A stretch of DNA of 64,000 bases, from NCBI GenBank assembly GCA_026415775.1, contig JAOAGL010000001.1, positions 206,233 through 270,232 of the forward strand. Direction: 5' to 3'. Both the position numbers and the translations under genes were made by a program. This stretch comes from Patescibacteria group bacterium (lineage in GTDB: Bacteria; Patescibacteriota; Minisyncoccia; UBA6257; JAAZHW01). Shown piece by piece: positions 20,756 through 31,823 of the stretch (the stretch's first letter is position 1; each line of letters begins with the position of its first letter). The notes beneath the pieces are model-generated. The model was not told the DNA's origin and did not search any database. It was given only the letters and a program-made list of their open reading frames with translations.

Positions 20756-21736
20756 ATGAATAAAAATTCAATGACTAAAAAAAGACGGGTTGTCGTAATT
20801 GGTGGGGGTACCGGCGTTTTTGTTGTTTTAAGTGCTTTAAAAAATTTACCCATTCATCTTTCAGCTATTATAACTATGGCTGATTCCGGTGGTTCTACTG
20901 GAATTCTGCGAGAAGAATTCGGTATTTTGCCACCAGGGGATGTAAGACGTGCCTTAATAGCTCTTTCTCATTCTGATAATAAAATTTTGGCAAAATTATT
21001 TAATTATCGTTTTAACGAAAGTTATTTTTTGGATGGCCATAGTTTTGGTAATTTATTTTTAACGGCCCTCGAGCGGATTACCGGTGATTTTCAAAAGGCA
21101 ATTTTAGAAGCGGGGAAAATTTTAAATATTTCCGGCGAAGTTATTCCAGTAACACTTCAGCATTGTCATTTGCTAGCCAAATTAAAAAATGGCCAAATTA
21201 TTTACGGTGAAGCTGCCATTGATCGTCGTAAAGAAAAAAATCCTTCACCCATCAAAACAATTTGGCTTCAGCCAGCGGTAAAGATTAATCCATTGGCTAG
21301 AGATGCTATTTCAAAAGCTGATATAATTATTATTGGCCCCGGTGATTTGTATACAAGTATTTTGCCCAATTTTCTTGTTAAGGGCGTAAAAGAGGCAGTT
21401 AAAAAAAGCCGAGCACAAAAAATTTTTATTACTAATATTATGACTAAAAAAGGCGAGACTGATAATTTCACAACTGCCGATTTTATTAGAGTGTTTGAGA
21501 AATTTGTAGGCAGAGATATCTTAGATTATGTTTTGATTAATACTCGCAAACCAGATAGAAAAAGGATTAAAAAATATCAGGAAGAAGGTTCTCGGTTTGT
21601 TAAAATTGTTTTAGATAAAAACCTTTTATTAAAATATAAAATTATTAAAACCGACCTTTTACGCAATAAAGGATTATTGCGTCACGATCCAATTAAATTA
21701 AAAGATGCTTTAGAAAAAATTATTTATAGTGGATAG
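20756..21736 (+). CDS. yvcK: YvcK/GlmR (CofD-like) family protein
   Basis: IGGGTG, DSGGSTG.LR, PPGDVR, GHSFGNL, GPGDLYTSILPN, LRHDP; the ORF-track start overlaps the tRNA, so moved to 20756. Confidence 0.9.
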   Translation: MNKNSMTKKRRVVVIGGGTGVFVVLSALKNLPIHLSAIITMADSGGSTGILREEFGILPPGDVRRALIALSHSDNKILAKLFNYRFNESYFLDGHSFGNLFLTALERITGDFQKAILEAGKILNISGEVIPVTLQHCHLLAKLKNGQIIYGEAAIDRRKEKNPSPIKTIWLQPAVKINPLARDAISKADIIIIGPGDLYTSILPNFLVKGVKEAVKKSRAQKIFITNIMTKKGETDNFTTADFIRVFEKFVGRDILDYVLINTRKPDRKRIKKYQEEGSRFVKIVLDKNLLLKYKIIKTDLLRNKGLLRHDPIKLKDALEKIIYSG

Positions 21737-21738
21737 TT

Positions 21739-23244
21739 ATGCTAAAAAATTGGTTGATGAATCTTTCTAAAAAAGATTTGCCCTCCAAATTTCTTTTATT
21801 AATCCTATTTTTTATTAGCGGGGTTTTTATTTCCTCATTTTTTAACACTACTAATTTAATAGGCGGTTTGACTCTTTTGTTAATTGGTTTAATTTTTTGC
21901 TTCGAAGAATATTTATTTAAAAATAAAATAAATTTTGCTGTTTATTTATTAGTTTTTGCTTGCGGATTTTTTTATTTTCAAGCATATGAAAAATATCAAC
22001 AAAACCACTCAAGTTTATTGTTAAATGGCCAAGAAATTCAAAATGTAAAAGCTATTATTTCGAATCTGCCTATTTGCCAATATAATAGCACTTCTTTTGA
22101 GGCCAAATTATTGTTGCCTTTCCAAGAAAAAGTTCTAATTAGAACAAAAGGCAGTTGTGAAGAATTTCATTATGGTGATAAAATTATTTTTACAGGAAAA
22201 TTTGAAGAACCAATTTCTTACTTGGATTTTGATTACAAGGCCTATTTAGCCAAAAGCAATATTTATTCAGTGATTAATTATCCGCAAATTAAAATTATTG
22301 ATAAACATCAGGGATTTTGGTTAAAAGATTTTTTGTATCAAATCAGAATTTCTTTTCAAAAACAAATTGATAAGATTTTTCCAGAACCAGAAAGAAGTTT
22401 TTTGAATGGTTTGCTTTTAGGCGAAAAGAGAACGTTGGATAAAGATTTGGAAGTTGCGCTGCAAAAAACTGGTACGATGCATTTAATTGCCTTGTCGGGA
22501 TTTAATATTACTATTATTACTAATGCCGTTTATGCTTTTTTAATTGTTTTGGGTATAGTGCGTCCAAAAGCTTTTTGGTTGGTTATAATTTTTATTTTGT
22601 TTTTTGTTGTTTTAACTGGCACCTCGCCTTCTATTGTGCGAGCGGGAATTATGGGAGGAATTTTAGTTTTAAGCTATAGATTAGGCAAACCTTATCAAAT
22701 TAAAAATGCATTGTTTTTTGCGGCTTTTTTAATGATTTTAATAAACCCTAAAATTTTACGTTTTGATATTGGTTTTCAATTATCTTTTGCGGCAACATTA
22801 GGATTAATTTATTTTTCTCCATTTTTTAATCGTGTTTTTCAAACCGAAAAACCATCTTTTTTAAATTGGCGTCAAGTAGTTGCAACAACTTTTTCTGCTC
22901 AATTAGCTGTTTTGCCGCTGTTAATTTTTCGTTTTGGTTATATTTCGTTAATTTCCCCTCTTGTTAATGTTTTAATAATATCTTTAATTCCTTATACAAT
23001 GCTTTTGGGATTTATAGCCGTAATTTTATCGTATTTGCATACATGGTTAGGGATTATTGTCGGAGTTTTTCCTTATCTATTTTTATATTTTGAGATTTTA
23101 ATAATAAAAATTTTTAGCCGTTTTTCTTTGGCTACCATTAATTTTGGAGGATTTTCCGAAATAGTATTTTGGGTGGTTGTGATATTTTTTCTTTTGATAT
23201 TAATAAATAAAAAATATGTTCGAGGAAAAACAAAAAGTATTTGA
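21739..23244 (+). CDS. comEC: ComEC/Rec2 competence membrane channel (DUF4131 + Competence domains)
   Basis: HLIALSGFNI, SIVRAGIM, DIGFQLSFAAT. Confidence 0.92.
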   Translation: MLKNWLMNLSKKDLPSKFLLLILFFISGVFISSFFNTTNLIGGLTLLLIGLIFCFEEYLFKNKINFAVYLLVFACGFFYFQAYEKYQQNHSSLLLNGQEIQNVKAIISNLPICQYNSTSFEAKLLLPFQEKVLIRTKGSCEEFHYGDKIIFTGKFEEPISYLDFDYKAYLAKSNIYSVINYPQIKIIDKHQGFWLKDFLYQIRISFQKQIDKIFPEPERSFLNGLLLGEKRTLDKDLEVALQKTGTMHLIALSGFNITIITNAVYAFLIVLGIVRPKAFWLVIIFILFFVVLTGTSPSIVRAGIMGGILVLSYRLGKPYQIKNALFFAAFLMILINPKILRFDIGFQLSFAATLGLIYFSPFFNRVFQTEKPSFLNWRQVVATTFSAQLAVLPLLIFRFGYISLISPLVNVLIISLIPYTMLLGFIAVILSYLHTWLGIIVGVFPYLFLYFEILIIKIFSRFSLATINFGGFSEIVFWVVVIFFLLILINKKYVRGKTKSI

Positions 23245-24085
23245 GAAAAATTTAATAATCGCTATTCTTTTCTTAATAATTTTAGATGCTATTTTATGGT
23301 ATTTTATTTTAGCTGATTCGCGAGCGGTGGAATTTTATTTTTTAGATGTAGGCCAAGGAGATGCTACATTGCTTAATTTTCCTTTTTCTGGGCGGATACT
23401 AATTGATTCAGGCGATGGAAAAATAATAGAACATTCCCTTGCTAAAATCGGCGGCTATTTTAAACGTTCGGTTGATATTTGGATTTTAAGTCATGCGAAC
23501 CTGGATCATTATGGTGGTTTTTTAAAATTAATTAATAATACTGAACCCCAAATTTTTATTTACAATGGTTTTAATTCGGATGCCCAATCATTTCAAGAAT
23601 TAATTAATAAGTTAAAACAAAAAAAAGTTCCTATTATAATTCTGGCTAGGGGAGATAAAATAAAAATAGGTGATAATCGATTTGATATTTTGTGGCCACC
23701 ACCAAATTCAAATATAAAAGATTTAAATGATAATTCTTTAATTTTATATTTTAAAAACTTTTTTGGTACAGCTTTATTTTTAGGAGATGTTTCTCAAAAA
23801 ATTCTTGGACAAATCCAAAATTATTTTAATAATGGATTGGTTGTTGATGTTTTAAAAGTGGCTCATCATGGTTCAAAAACTAGTTTAAATAAAGAATTTT
23901 TAGATTCAGTGAAACCAAAAATTTCTTTAATCGGTGTTGGTTTAAATAATCGTTTTAATCATCCTCATTCTGAAGTTATCGATTTTTTAACAAAAATCGG
24001 CTCTCAAATTTTGAGAACCGATATTAACCATAATATCAAGATTATTTTTAATAAAGGTATGGAAATTCAAACCTTTTCTTTTTAA
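23216..24085 (+). CDS. ComEC-type metallo-beta-lactamase fold protein (separate gene)
   Basis: FLDVGQGDA, SHANLDHYGG, LKVAHHGSKTS, NRFNHPH, RTD. Confidence 0.88.
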   Translation: MFEEKQKVFEKNLIIAILFLIILDAILWYFILADSRAVEFYFLDVGQGDATLLNFPFSGRILIDSGDGKIIEHSLAKIGGYFKRSVDIWILSHANLDHYGGFLKLINNTEPQIFIYNGFNSDAQSFQELINKLKQKKVPIIILARGDKIKIGDNRFDILWPPPNSNIKDLNDNSLILYFKNFFGTALFLGDVSQKILGQIQNYFNNGLVVDVLKVAHHGSKTSLNKEFLDSVKPKISLIGVGLNNRFNHPHSEVIDFLTKIGSQILRTDINHNIKIIFNKGMEIQTFSF

Positions 24086-24987
24086 AGCCACTTTTTCTTT
24101 TTAAAAATAACCAAAAATAGCGTTGCAAATAAAAACATTAAACCAACAATATACCAAAAACCATAAGGGGAAGAAACTAAGGGGGTGTTTTCGGTATTCA
24201 TGCTAAAAATACTCGAAAAAAGAGTTAAAGGAAAAGTGATGAAGGCCATAATGGTTAAAATTTTCATAATTTCATTTGTGCGGCTTTCGAAAAAGGTGTT
24301 ATTGGTGTTTTCTAGCGATTCAATTGTTTCTTTCAAATTATCAATGCTCATCCACAATTTTTCATAATCACCCAAAAGGTCATTAAAATAAATTTCCAAG
24401 TTTTTTCCAAAGAAGTTTAAACCCTTAAGCTTTAAAGATTCCAAAATCGGGTGCTGGAGACGAGCGATAATCCGTTGATCCAAAATATCTCTTTTTACAA
24501 TGGCAATTTTTTCAATTAATGACTTATGTTCTCCTCTAAACAATTCGCATTCTATTTGTTTAATCTTTTCCTGAATATGTGTTAATTGGCGAAGAGAAAA
24601 AATTAAACCATTTTCTAAAATATAATAAAGCAAGTGAGCGGGGGTTTGATTAAGATATTGATTTGATAACTCCTTTTTTAATTCGGCGAAGATTTCATCG
24701 ATCGGTTCGTAGTTCTTATAGCGTACTGTTATTAAATAGTCGCGGGTTATTAGAAAATCAACTTCAACAGCTTCTGAGGTTTTTTCGTTTTCGTTGTAAT
24801 TTGAAAAATAATAAACGATAAACATTAAATTATCATAAATTTCAATTTTAGAACGCGTGGAGGGTTGTTTTAATTCTTCAAGCAAAATAGGATGAAGTTT
24901 AAATTTATCTTTTAAAAATTTTAGATCTTCTTGTGATGGAGACAGAATATCAATCCAATTGATTTTAGAATTAATTTCTTGTTTCAT
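24082..24987 (-). CDS. corA: CorA family Mg2+ transporter
   Basis: [13 protein letters not shown] variant of GMN, two C-terminal TMs ending KKKKWL. Confidence 0.88.
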   Translation of the reverse strand: MKQEINSKINWIDILSPSQEDLKFLKDKFKLHPILLEELKQPSTRSKIEIYDNLMFIVYYFSNYNENEKTSEAVEVDFLITRDYLITVRYKNYEPIDEIFAELKKELSNQYLNQTPAHLLYYILENGLIFSLRQLTHIQEKIKQIECELFRGEHKSLIEKIAIVKRDILDQRIIARLQHPILESLKLKGLNFFGKNLEIYFNDLLGDYEKLWMSIDNLKETIESLENTNNTFFESRTNEIMKILTIMAFITFPLTLFSSIFSMNTENTPLVSSPYGFWYIVGLMFLFATLFLVIFKKKKWL

Positions 24988-25035
24988 AGTTTTATATTTT
25001 TATTATATAAAAAACAAAAAACACAAGCAAATTGC

Positions 25036-25064
25036 TTGACATCAAGCTTTTTATTTGTTAAAGT
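25036..25064 (+). promoter_or_regulatory. Sigma70 promoter of str operon
   Basis: TTGACA-17bp-TAAAGT. Confidence 0.65.
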
Positions 25065-25077
25065 ATTTTACATATTT

Positions 25078-25488
25078 ATGCCAACAATCAATCAATTAAT
25101 TAAAAAAGGACGAAAAAGAATTGTTTATAAAAGTAAAGCACCAGCATTAATCTGGGGTTTTAATTATAAAAAGAATAGGCCTGTGAAATATCCCTCGCCA
25201 TTCAAACGCGGGGTTTGTTTGAAGGTTTTTACAACCACTCCCAAAAAACCAAATTCCGCCTTGCGTAAAGTAGCGCGTGTTAGATTAACTAATGGTATTG
25301 AAGTAACGGCTTATATTCCAGGTATTGGTCATAATTTACAAGAGCATTCGGTTGTATTGGTGCGAGGCGGCCGCGTCAAAGATTTACCAGGCGTTCGTTA
25401 TCATATTGTTCGTGGTGTTTTGGATGCTACGGGAGTAGAAGGTCGTCGTCAGCAACGTTCTAAATACGGCGCAAAGAAGCCACAATAA
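25078..25488 (+). CDS. rpsL: 30S ribosomal protein S12
   Basis: [30 protein letters not shown]. Confidence 0.99.
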   Translation: MPTINQLIKKGRKRIVYKSKAPALIWGFNYKKNRPVKYPSPFKRGVCLKVFTTTPKKPNSALRKVARVRLTNGIEVTAYIPGIGHNLQEHSVVLVRGGRVKDLPGVRYHIVRGVLDATGVEGRRQQRSKYGAKKPQ

Positions 25489-25494
25489 TAAATT

Positions 25495-25962
25495 ATGCGT
25501 AAGAAAAATCCAAAAAAGAGAACATATGAACCAGATTTAGTTTTTAATCGAGTTGAGTGCACCCGATTTATTAATTATTTGATGCAGCGCGGGCAGAAAG
25601 CAACGGCTGAAAAAAATTTTTATAAAGCAATGGAATTAATAAAACAGAAGACAGGCAAGGATCCATTGGAAGTTTTTGATCTTGCTTTAAAAAACGCTTC
25701 GCCTTTAGTAGAGGTAAAATCCAAACGAATTGGTGGTGCTAATTATCAAGTACCCCAACTGGTTAAACCGGAGCGACAATTTACTTTAGCGTGTCGCTGG
25801 ATAATTCAGGCAGTGCGTTCACGGCGTGGTAAATCTGCTTATGAAAAATTAGCCGAAGAAATTATTGCTGCCAGCAATAATGAGGGGGCAGCTGTAAAGA
25901 AAAAAATGGATACTCATCGTATTGCCGAAGCCAATCGCGCCTTTGCTCATTTTTCATGGTAA
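25495..25962 (+). CDS. rpsG: 30S ribosomal protein S7
   Basis: RIGGANYQVP, HRIAEANRAFAH. Confidence 0.98.
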   Translation: MRKKNPKKRTYEPDLVFNRVECTRFINYLMQRGQKATAEKNFYKAMELIKQKTGKDPLEVFDLALKNASPLVEVKSKRIGGANYQVPQLVKPERQFTLACRWIIQAVRSRRGKSAYEKLAEEIIAASNNEGAAVKKKMDTHRIAEANRAFAHFSW

Positions 25963-26031
25963 ATTTCTTATTATAAAATCAATGAGTCGGATTTTTTAAT
26001 CCATTTAAATTAAAGACACTTTTGATAATAT

Positions 26032-28137
26032 ATGCGAGAATATTCATTAGAAAAAACTAGAGATATCGGAATTATTGCTCATATTGACGCTGGGAAAACA
26101 ACGGTTTCCGAGCGTATTTTATATTACACTGGTATTTCTCATAAAATTGGCGAAGTTCATGAAGGAGAAGCGATTATGGATTGGATGGAGCAAGAAAGAG
26201 AGAGGGGTATTACTATTACCGCTGCGGCAACAACTTGTTTTTGGACTCAGACTTATAAAACTCCAGAAGAGCGAGCAAAGAAAGAATTTCGCATTAATCT
26301 TATTGATACGCCTGGTCACATTGATTTTACAGTTGAAGTTCAGCGATCTCTTCGCGTTTTGGATGGGGCGGTTGTTGTTTTTGATGGAGTAGCTGGTGTC
26401 GAACCGCAATCAGAAACCGTTTGGCATCAAGCAGATAAATTTCACGTGCCTCGCATTTGTTTTGTTAATAAATTAGATAGAATGGGTGCTAGTTTTACGC
26501 GTTCTCTCCAATCTATTCGTGAACGATTGAATCCTAATGCAATGCCAGTTCAATTAAATATTGGATTGGAATCTGAATTTGAAGGAATTATTGATCTTTT
26601 AACAATGAAAGCTTTTAATTTCACCGGTGAAAAAGGCGAATTTATTAATGAGATGGAAATCCCCAAAAATTTAATAGATGAAGCTAAAAAATTAAGGGAA
26701 GAATTAGTGGAAAAAATTGTTGAAACCGATGAAGAATTGATGAATCGTTATTTAGAAGGCAAAGAAATTTCAATTGAAGAATTAAGAAAGGCGTTAAGAA
26801 AAGCGACAATTGAAAGTAAAATTGTGCCAGTTTTTTGTGGTTCGGCTTTGAGAAATAAAGGCGTTCAATTTTTACTTGATGGCGTTGTTGATTATTTGCC
26901 GTCACCTTTGGATTTGCCGCCGACGAAAGGCTTTGATCCAAAAAGCGGACAAGAAATTATTAGACAGGTTAGCGATAACGAACCTTTTACTGCTTTAGCT
27001 TTTAAAATCGCTACTGATCCATTTGTGGGAAATTTAACTTATTTTCGTGTTTATTCAGGAACTCTTAAGAGGGGCAGTTATATTTTAAATGCTACCAAAG
27101 GGCAAAAAGAACGAGCGGGAAGAATTGTTAGAATGCACGCCAATCATCGCGAGGAGGTAGAAGAAGTTTTTGCTGGAGATATTGCCGCACTCGTTGGTTT
27201 AAAATCAACCACAACTGGTGATACTTTATGCGACGAAGAACATCCTATTATATTAGAAAAAATTGAATTTCCAGAACCAGTTATTTCAATGCGTATTGAA
27301 CCAAAAACTAAAGCTGATCAGGAAAAAATGAGTATTGCTTTAAGAAAATTAGCCGAAGAAGATCCTACTTTTCAGGTGGCGAGCGATCAAGAAACAGGCG
27401 AGACAATTATCAAAGGAATGGGCGAATTACACTTGGATGTTTTGGTTGATCGCATGCGTCGAGAATTTAAAGTTGAAGCTAATACCGGTCGGCCGCAAGT
27501 TGCTTATAAAGAAACTATAAAAGCGATGTCTGAGGCGGAAGGAAAATATATTCGTCAGAGTGGTGGTCGTGGTCAATATGGTCATGTTTGGTTGAGAGTG
27601 GAACCTTTAGAACGCGGAAAGAACTTTGAATTTGTAGATGAAATTAAAAGTGGTGCTATTCCGCAAGAATTTATTCCTGCTGTTGAGAAGGGCGTGAAAG
27701 AAGCAGCTCAGAAGGGTGTTTTGGCGGGTTATCCATTACAAGACATTCGTGTAACTTTATACGATGGTTCATTCCATGAGGTTGATTCTTCGGAGTTTGC
27801 CTTCAAAATTGCCGCTTCCATTGCTTTACAAGATGCTGTAAAAAAAGCAAATCCTGTTTTATTGGAGCCAATCATGAAAATTCAAGTGATTGTTCCTGCT
27901 AAATTCTTAGGTGAGGTAACAGGCGATTTGAATTCTCGTCGGGCGCGCATTGAACAAATTTCGGATCGTTTGGATAGTAAGGTAATTGACGCAAAGGTGC
28001 CTTTGGCTGAAATGTTTGGTTATGTAACAAACTTGCGTTCTTTAACTGAAGGCCGAGGATTTATTACAATGGAATTTGACCATTACGAAGAAGTGCCGAA
28101 AAACATTGCTGAACAAATTATTGCGGGCCGCAAGTAG
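26032..28137 (+). CDS. fusA: Elongation factor G
   Basis: [30 protein letters not shown]. Confidence 0.99.
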   Translation: MREYSLEKTRDIGIIAHIDAGKTTVSERILYYTGISHKIGEVHEGEAIMDWMEQERERGITITAAATTCFWTQTYKTPEERAKKEFRINLIDTPGHIDFTVEVQRSLRVLDGAVVVFDGVAGVEPQSETVWHQADKFHVPRICFVNKLDRMGASFTRSLQSIRERLNPNAMPVQLNIGLESEFEGIIDLLTMKAFNFTGEKGEFINEMEIPKNLIDEAKKLREELVEKIVETDEELMNRYLEGKEISIEELRKALRKATIESKIVPVFCGSALRNKGVQFLLDGVVDYLPSPLDLPPTKGFDPKSGQEIIRQVSDNEPFTALAFKIATDPFVGNLTYFRVYSGTLKRGSYILNATKGQKERAGRIVRMHANHREEVEEVFAGDIAALVGLKSTTTGDTLCDEEHPIILEKIEFPEPVISMRIEPKTKADQEKMSIALRKLAEEDPTFQVASDQETGETIIKGMGELHLDVLVDRMRREFKVEANTGRPQVAYKETIKAMSEAEGKYIRQSGGRGQYGHVWLRVEPLERGKNFEFVDEIKSGAIPQEFIPAVEKGVKEAAQKGVLAGYPLQDIRVTLYDGSFHEVDSSEFAFKIAASIALQDAVKKANPVLLEPIMKIQVIVPAKFLGEVTGDLNSRRARIEQISDRLDSKVIDAKVPLAEMFGYVTNLRSLTEGRGFITMEFDHYEEVPKNIAEQIIAGRK

Positions 28138-28163
28138 TTCTCTCCAAGAAGGAGATGAAATTT

Positions 28164-28197
28164 GGGCCGCTTGGAGAGAACTCCAAGCGGCCCTTTT
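28164..28197 (+). terminator. Intrinsic terminator after fusA
   Basis: gggccgcttggag-agaa-ctccaagcggccc followed by tttt. Confidence 0.85.
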
Positions 28198-28251
28198 AAA
28201 AATTTATTTACAAAATCAGTCGAAAAAATTATAATAAGAATATTAAAAATT

Positions 28252-31122
28252 ATGCAGTTATTTCCCGAAATAGAAAAACAAATTATTAAATTTTGGAAAG
28301 AAAATAAAATTTTTGAAAAATCTGTTGCTAAAGATGCGCCAAAAGGCGATTATATTTTTTATGATGGACCGCCTTTTGCCACAGGAACACCTCATTACGG
28401 ACATTTAGTAGCTAGTTTAATGAAAGATATAGTGCCACGTTACTTTACTATGAAAGGATATCGTGTTGAAAGACGTTGGGGTTGGGATTGTCATGGCATG
28501 CCAATTGAGAATATTGTTGAAGAAGCTTTAGATTTAAAAACTAAAAAAGATATTGAAAAAATAGGTATTGATAAATTTAATGAAACGTGTCGTCAAAGCG
28601 TTTTAACATATGCCGAAGAATGGAAGAAGGTAATTGAAAGATTTGGACGCTGGGTTGATATGGAAAATCCGTATAGAACGATGGACCTTGATTATATGGA
28701 AAGTATTTGGTGGGTTTTTAAGGAATTGTGGGATAAGGGATTAATTTACGAAGATTACAAAGCAATGCATATTTGTCCTCGGTGCGAGACCACTTTATCT
28801 CAATATGAAGTTTCAGAAGGATATCTTGATGTTGAGGATTTAGCAGTAACAGTAAAATTTGAATTAAAAAACGAACCAAAAACTTATATTTTGGCATGGA
28901 CGACAACGCCATGGACTTTGATTGGTAATGTAGCTTTGGCTATTGGTGAAAATATTGAATATGTTAAATTTGAGATTAAAAACCACCCTTCTTTAAATGG
29001 TATTTATATTGCCTCCAGAAACTTTTTTGAAAAATTAAAAAATAAATTTGAACAGGAAAATTCAACAATTGATTTGGAATTTATTGAAGTAGTTCCTTCT
29101 GAAAAATTAATTAATCAAAATTATATCCCCTTATTTGATTACTATCTTAATAAGCCATTAAATAATAAAGAACGTCTTTATACGATTCAATCGGCCAATT
29201 TTGTTACAGTAGAAGATGGTACTGGGGTTGTCCACATTGCGCCAGCTTTTGGTGAAGAAGATATGATGTTAGGGAAAGAAAAGCAACTGCCTTTTATTCA
29301 GCATGTTGGTTTGGATGGAAGATTTAAAGAGGAGGTAGTTGATTTTAAAGGGTTGCCAGTTAAACCAAAGGAAGCGCCAACTTCTACTGATCAGAAAGTA
29401 ATTGAATTTTTACAAAAGAAAAATTTAGTTTTTGAAGTAGAAAAATACACTCATAGTTATCCTCATTGTTGGCGTTGTGATTCGCCGTTGTTGAATTATG
29501 CAACCACTTCTTTATTTGTGAAGGTAACAGAAATAAAACCACAACTTTTAAAAAATGCTGAAATTATCAATTGGGTGCCAGCACATTTGAAAGAAGGCAG
29601 GTTTGGTAAATGGTTGGAAGGCGCTAGAGATTGGGCAATTTCTCGACAAAGATATTGGGGGTCGGTCATTCCTTTGTGGGTATGTCAAAATTGCGGTGAG
29701 AAAAAAGTTGTTGGTTCAATTAAAGAATTAGAAGAGCTTTCTGGTGAAAAAGTAGAAGATCTTCATAAGCATTTCATTGATAAAATTACTTTAAAATGCG
29801 AAAAGTGTGGCGGTATTATGAAGCGCATACCTGATGTTTTAGATTGTTGGTTTGAATCTGGTTCAATGCCTTATGCTCAAATGCATTATCCATTTGAGAA
29901 TAAGGAAAAATTGGAGAAGAACTTTCCTGCTGAGTTTATTGCTGAAGGCGTCGATCAAACACGCGCCTGGTTTTATTATCTTCATGTTATAGCCACCGCC
30001 TTAAAGAATAGTGCTGCTTTTAAAAACGTAATTGCTAATGGCATTGTTTTGGCTGAAGACGGAAGAAAAATGTCTAAACATCTTAAAAATTATACTGATC
30101 CTTTAGAGGTTTTAGAAAAATACAGCGCTGATGCTGTTCGGTATTATTTAACTACTTCGCAAGTAATGAAAGCTGAGGATTTATGTTTTTCAGAGAAAGA
30201 AGTTGATGAGGTTTATAAAAAGGTAATTTTGATTTTGTTGAATGTTTTGAGTTTTTATAAGCTTTATGCTGGCAAAGAAATAAATAAATTAATTCTGCCA
30301 CTTGAGAATGTGTTGGATATTTGGATTGTAACGCGATTAGAGTTGCTAAAGAAAGAAATGACTGAAGCATATGATACTTATGATTTGCCAAAAGCTAATC
30401 GACCAATTGCGGAGTTTATTGATGATTTGTCAACATGGTATGTAAGGCGTTCTCGCGAGCGCTTTAAAAATGGCGATGAAAAAGCTATTGCTACCTTGCG
30501 TTATGTATTGATGGAATTGTCAAAATTAATTGCTCCAGTTATGCCATTTTTGGCCGAGCATCTTTATCAAGAATTAAAAGGTGAAAAAGAATCGGTGCAT
30601 TTGGAGGATTGGCCAATAGTAAACGAACAGCTTATTGATAAAGAAGTGATTGAACGAATGAAAAAGACACGTGAGGCAGTTGAAATAGGATTAGCTTTAA
30701 GGTCTGAAGCTCAAATTAAAATTCGCCAACCATTAAAACAAATTCAGTTTGCTGATGAGGAGTTGTTTAATCAATTATACGAAGATTTAGTTAAAGATGA
30801 GCTGAATGTAAAGGAAATTGCGTTGGGTCCCAAAAATTGGTTAGACACAGAAATTCCAGCCGACTTAGAAGAAGAAGGTATATTGCGAGAGTTAATACGT
30901 CGCATTAATCAATTAAGAAAAGAAAAAGGTTTAAGTGTTGATGATAAAGATGTGGTTTTGGAGTTTAAAATAGACAATGAAAAATTGAGGAGCGTTGTTG
31001 AAAAATTTAGCGAGGAAATTAAGAAAAAATGTTTGAGTTCAGAGATAAAATTCGGCGAAGCATTAGATGGCAAGGAATTTGAAATTAATGACGAAAAAAT
31101 CAAAATTGCTTTATTGAAATAA
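28252..31122 (+). CDS. ileS: Isoleucine--tRNA ligase, type 2 (eukaryote/archaea-like)
   Basis: DGPPFATGTPHYGH, WTTTPWTL, GTGVVH, SRQRYWG, DCWFESGSMPYAQ, KMSKH; start ATG 28252. Confidence 0.96.
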   Translation: MQLFPEIEKQIIKFWKENKIFEKSVAKDAPKGDYIFYDGPPFATGTPHYGHLVASLMKDIVPRYFTMKGYRVERRWGWDCHGMPIENIVEEALDLKTKKDIEKIGIDKFNETCRQSVLTYAEEWKKVIERFGRWVDMENPYRTMDLDYMESIWWVFKELWDKGLIYEDYKAMHICPRCETTLSQYEVSEGYLDVEDLAVTVKFELKNEPKTYILAWTTTPWTLIGNVALAIGENIEYVKFEIKNHPSLNGIYIASRNFFEKLKNKFEQENSTIDLEFIEVVPSEKLINQNYIPLFDYYLNKPLNNKERLYTIQSANFVTVEDGTGVVHIAPAFGEEDMMLGKEKQLPFIQHVGLDGRFKEEVVDFKGLPVKPKEAPTSTDQKVIEFLQKKNLVFEVEKYTHSYPHCWRCDSPLLNYATTSLFVKVTEIKPQLLKNAEIINWVPAHLKEGRFGKWLEGARDWAISRQRYWGSVIPLWVCQNCGEKKVVGSIKELEELSGEKVEDLHKHFIDKITLKCEKCGGIMKRIPDVLDCWFESGSMPYAQMHYPFENKEKLEKNFPAEFIAEGVDQTRAWFYYLHVIATALKNSAAFKNVIANGIVLAEDGRKMSKHLKNYTDPLEVLEKYSADAVRYYLTTSQVMKAEDLCFSEKEVDEVYKKVILILLNVLSFYKLYAGKEINKLILPLENVLDIWIVTRLELLKKEMTEAYDTYDLPKANRPIAEFIDDLSTWYVRRSRERFKNGDEKAIATLRYVLMELSKLIAPVMPFLAEHLYQELKGEKESVHLEDWPIVNEQLIDKEVIERMKKTREAVEIGLALRSEAQIKIRQPLKQIQFADEELFNQLYEDLVKDELNVKEIALGPKNWLDTEIPADLEEEGILRELIRRINQLRKEKGLSVDDKDVVLEFKIDNEKLRSVVEKFSEEIKKKCLSSEIKFGEALDGKEFEINDEKIKIALLK

Positions 31123-31778
31123 TGTTTGAAGATTTAAAAGGAAAAATTTTTGCGGTATATAAACCAAAAGGCATTACTTCCGCAGCTGTTGTTGAAATTA
31201 TTAAAAGAAAAACAAAAGAGAAGGTAGGACATGCTGGCACTTTAGATCCTTTAGCAAAAGGCGTTTTAGTTGTTGGAGTTGGTCGTTCTGCTACTAAAAA
31301 TTTAAATGAAGAATTAAAAAAAGAAAAAGAGTATTTGGCTTTAATTAAATTAGGCGAATTTAGTTCAACTGATGATGATGAGGGTGAAAAAATTAAAATA
31401 GAGATTAGTAAAAAACCGAGCAAAGGAGAAATTTTAGATATACTTAAAAAATTTACTGGTAAATTTTGGCAAAAACCCCCTCTTTTTAGTGCTATTAAAG
31501 TTAAAGGCAAAGAAGCTTATAAATATGCACGAATGGGTAAAAAAATTTCTTTACCAGAGCGATTGGTTGAGGTAAAAAAAATTGATTTAATTTATTACCG
31601 CTGGCCTTATTTGAAAATTAAAATTGTTTGCGGGCCTGGTTTTTATGTGCGTTCTTTGGCGCGAGATATTGGAGAAACACTTAGAACTGGCGCTTATCTT
31701 AAAGATTTGGAACGTATTCGGGTAGGTGATTTTAAGAAAGAAAATTGTTTAACTTTAGGATTTTTCTTCCAGAAATAA
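31122..31778 (+). CDS. truB: tRNA pseudouridine(55) synthase
   Basis: KPKGITS, VGHAGTLDPLA, PPLFSAIKVKG, YVRSLARDIG. Confidence 0.95.
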   Translation: MFEDLKGKIFAVYKPKGITSAAVVEIIKRKTKEKVGHAGTLDPLAKGVLVVGVGRSATKNLNEELKKEKEYLALIKLGEFSSTDDDEGEKIKIEISKKPSKGEILDILKKFTGKFWQKPPLFSAIKVKGKEAYKYARMGKKISLPERLVEVKKIDLIYYRWPYLKIKIVCGPGFYVRSLARDIGETLRTGAYLKDLERIRVGDFKKENCLTLGFFFQK

Positions 31779-31823
31779 ATTTGGAAAGAATGTATTTTTT
31801 TGATAAAATAACAGTAATATTTT

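Noticed and set aside
28138-28251. T-box riboswitch upstream of ileS
   Set aside because: The region is too short and lacks the AGGGTGGNACCGCG T-box consensus
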